From Basidiobolus meristosporus CBS 931.73 (lineage: Eukaryota > Fungi > Basidiobolomycota): 64,000 nucleotides of DNA. Made by a program: the position numbers and the translations under genes. Positions 63,625 through 64,000 of this stretch are shown here, in pieces. Positions within the stretch are counted from its first letter, which is position 1, and every line of letters begins with the position of its first letter. The DNA lies in contig MCFE01000452.1 of the NCBI GenBank assembly GCA_002104905.1, positions 8,930 through 72,929 of the forward strand, read 5' to 3'. The notes under the pieces were generated by a model that saw only the letters and a list, made by a program, of their open reading frames with translations, was not told where the DNA came from and made no database searches.

Positions 63625-63916
63625 TTAACAGTAGGCATCGTTAGGGCTTCTCTTCAACCAGCCCAACAGTCTTTGAAGTGACCTCCGGTCTGTACCCACG
63701 ATGTAGGTGAGAGCATCAGCTTGGGCATCGCAACGACGTCTCACATATAAAGATGACCTGTCCACGATAACAGAAGGCAATAATCCCATTCTGTTTGAAG
63801 ATAATTCTTGGGTAGTTTCTCGGTGTGAACGGATGGCAACGTGAGGAATTTTCCTGCGCCCCTACGACAAAAAGCATGGTGGTACATCCAAGAAGCAGTG
63901 TTGGGATATACTTCAT
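63625..63916 (-). pseudogene. subfamily A copy A3, +1 frameshift after CP
   Basis: One extra A (TGC CCA A GCT GAT); the shifted frame continues ADALTYIVGTDRRSLQRLLGWLKRSPNDAYC*. Confidence 0.85.
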
Positions 63917-64000
63917 TTCAGGATTTTAACTGATAGTCGGTGGGAACTGGGGCATAGTGCTCTAAGCATTTGGGTCGTGAAACATGGCGTTGTGAGTCCG

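Larger units (their letters stand above)
53590..63916 (-). repeat. tandem duplication of a ~6.2-6.7-kb C-B-A unit
   Basis: Start-to-start offsets: C 6195, B 6201, A 6658 bp; 53590-55330 and 59790-61530 are highly similar apart from a short divergent patch. Confidence 0.8.

Overview
Eukaryotic DNA, most likely fungal (inference: the copia primer-binding sites match the yeast-type initiator tRNA-Met loop GGGCUCAUAACC, repeats show CpG decay, and the secreted-protein genes are short and intronless). The window has two sharply different domains. (1) 1-~49,960 is a CpG-depleted island of nested, decayed transposons. It holds two Ty1/copia families (one full-length copy at 33088-37774 with GAACA TSD), a Ty3/gypsy family (full-length copy at 42514-47451 with ATAT TSD, plus solo LTRs), and a CACTA/EnSpm-type DNA transposon family with CCCTA termini and two divergent genes (complete copy at 14622-21473 with AGT TSD). 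It also holds a 296-bp CCCTA MITE, an orphan 1.07-kb solo LTR, and five CpG-decayed tRNA genes (9345-10493). (2) ~49,970-64,000 is CpG-normal and holds a minus-strand tandem array of nine related genes for ~100-aa secreted Cys-containing proteins that I do not recognise: subfamilies A, B and C, six intact ORFs and three pseudogenes, sharing the core PFTPxNYPGIIF...C..G...ET...C.ADA..Y...helix...P....C. This array is the best candidate for an undescribed system. All alignments and counts were done by eye; no database searches were run. The supplied ORF track uses non-ATG starts, so some of its starts were corrected.
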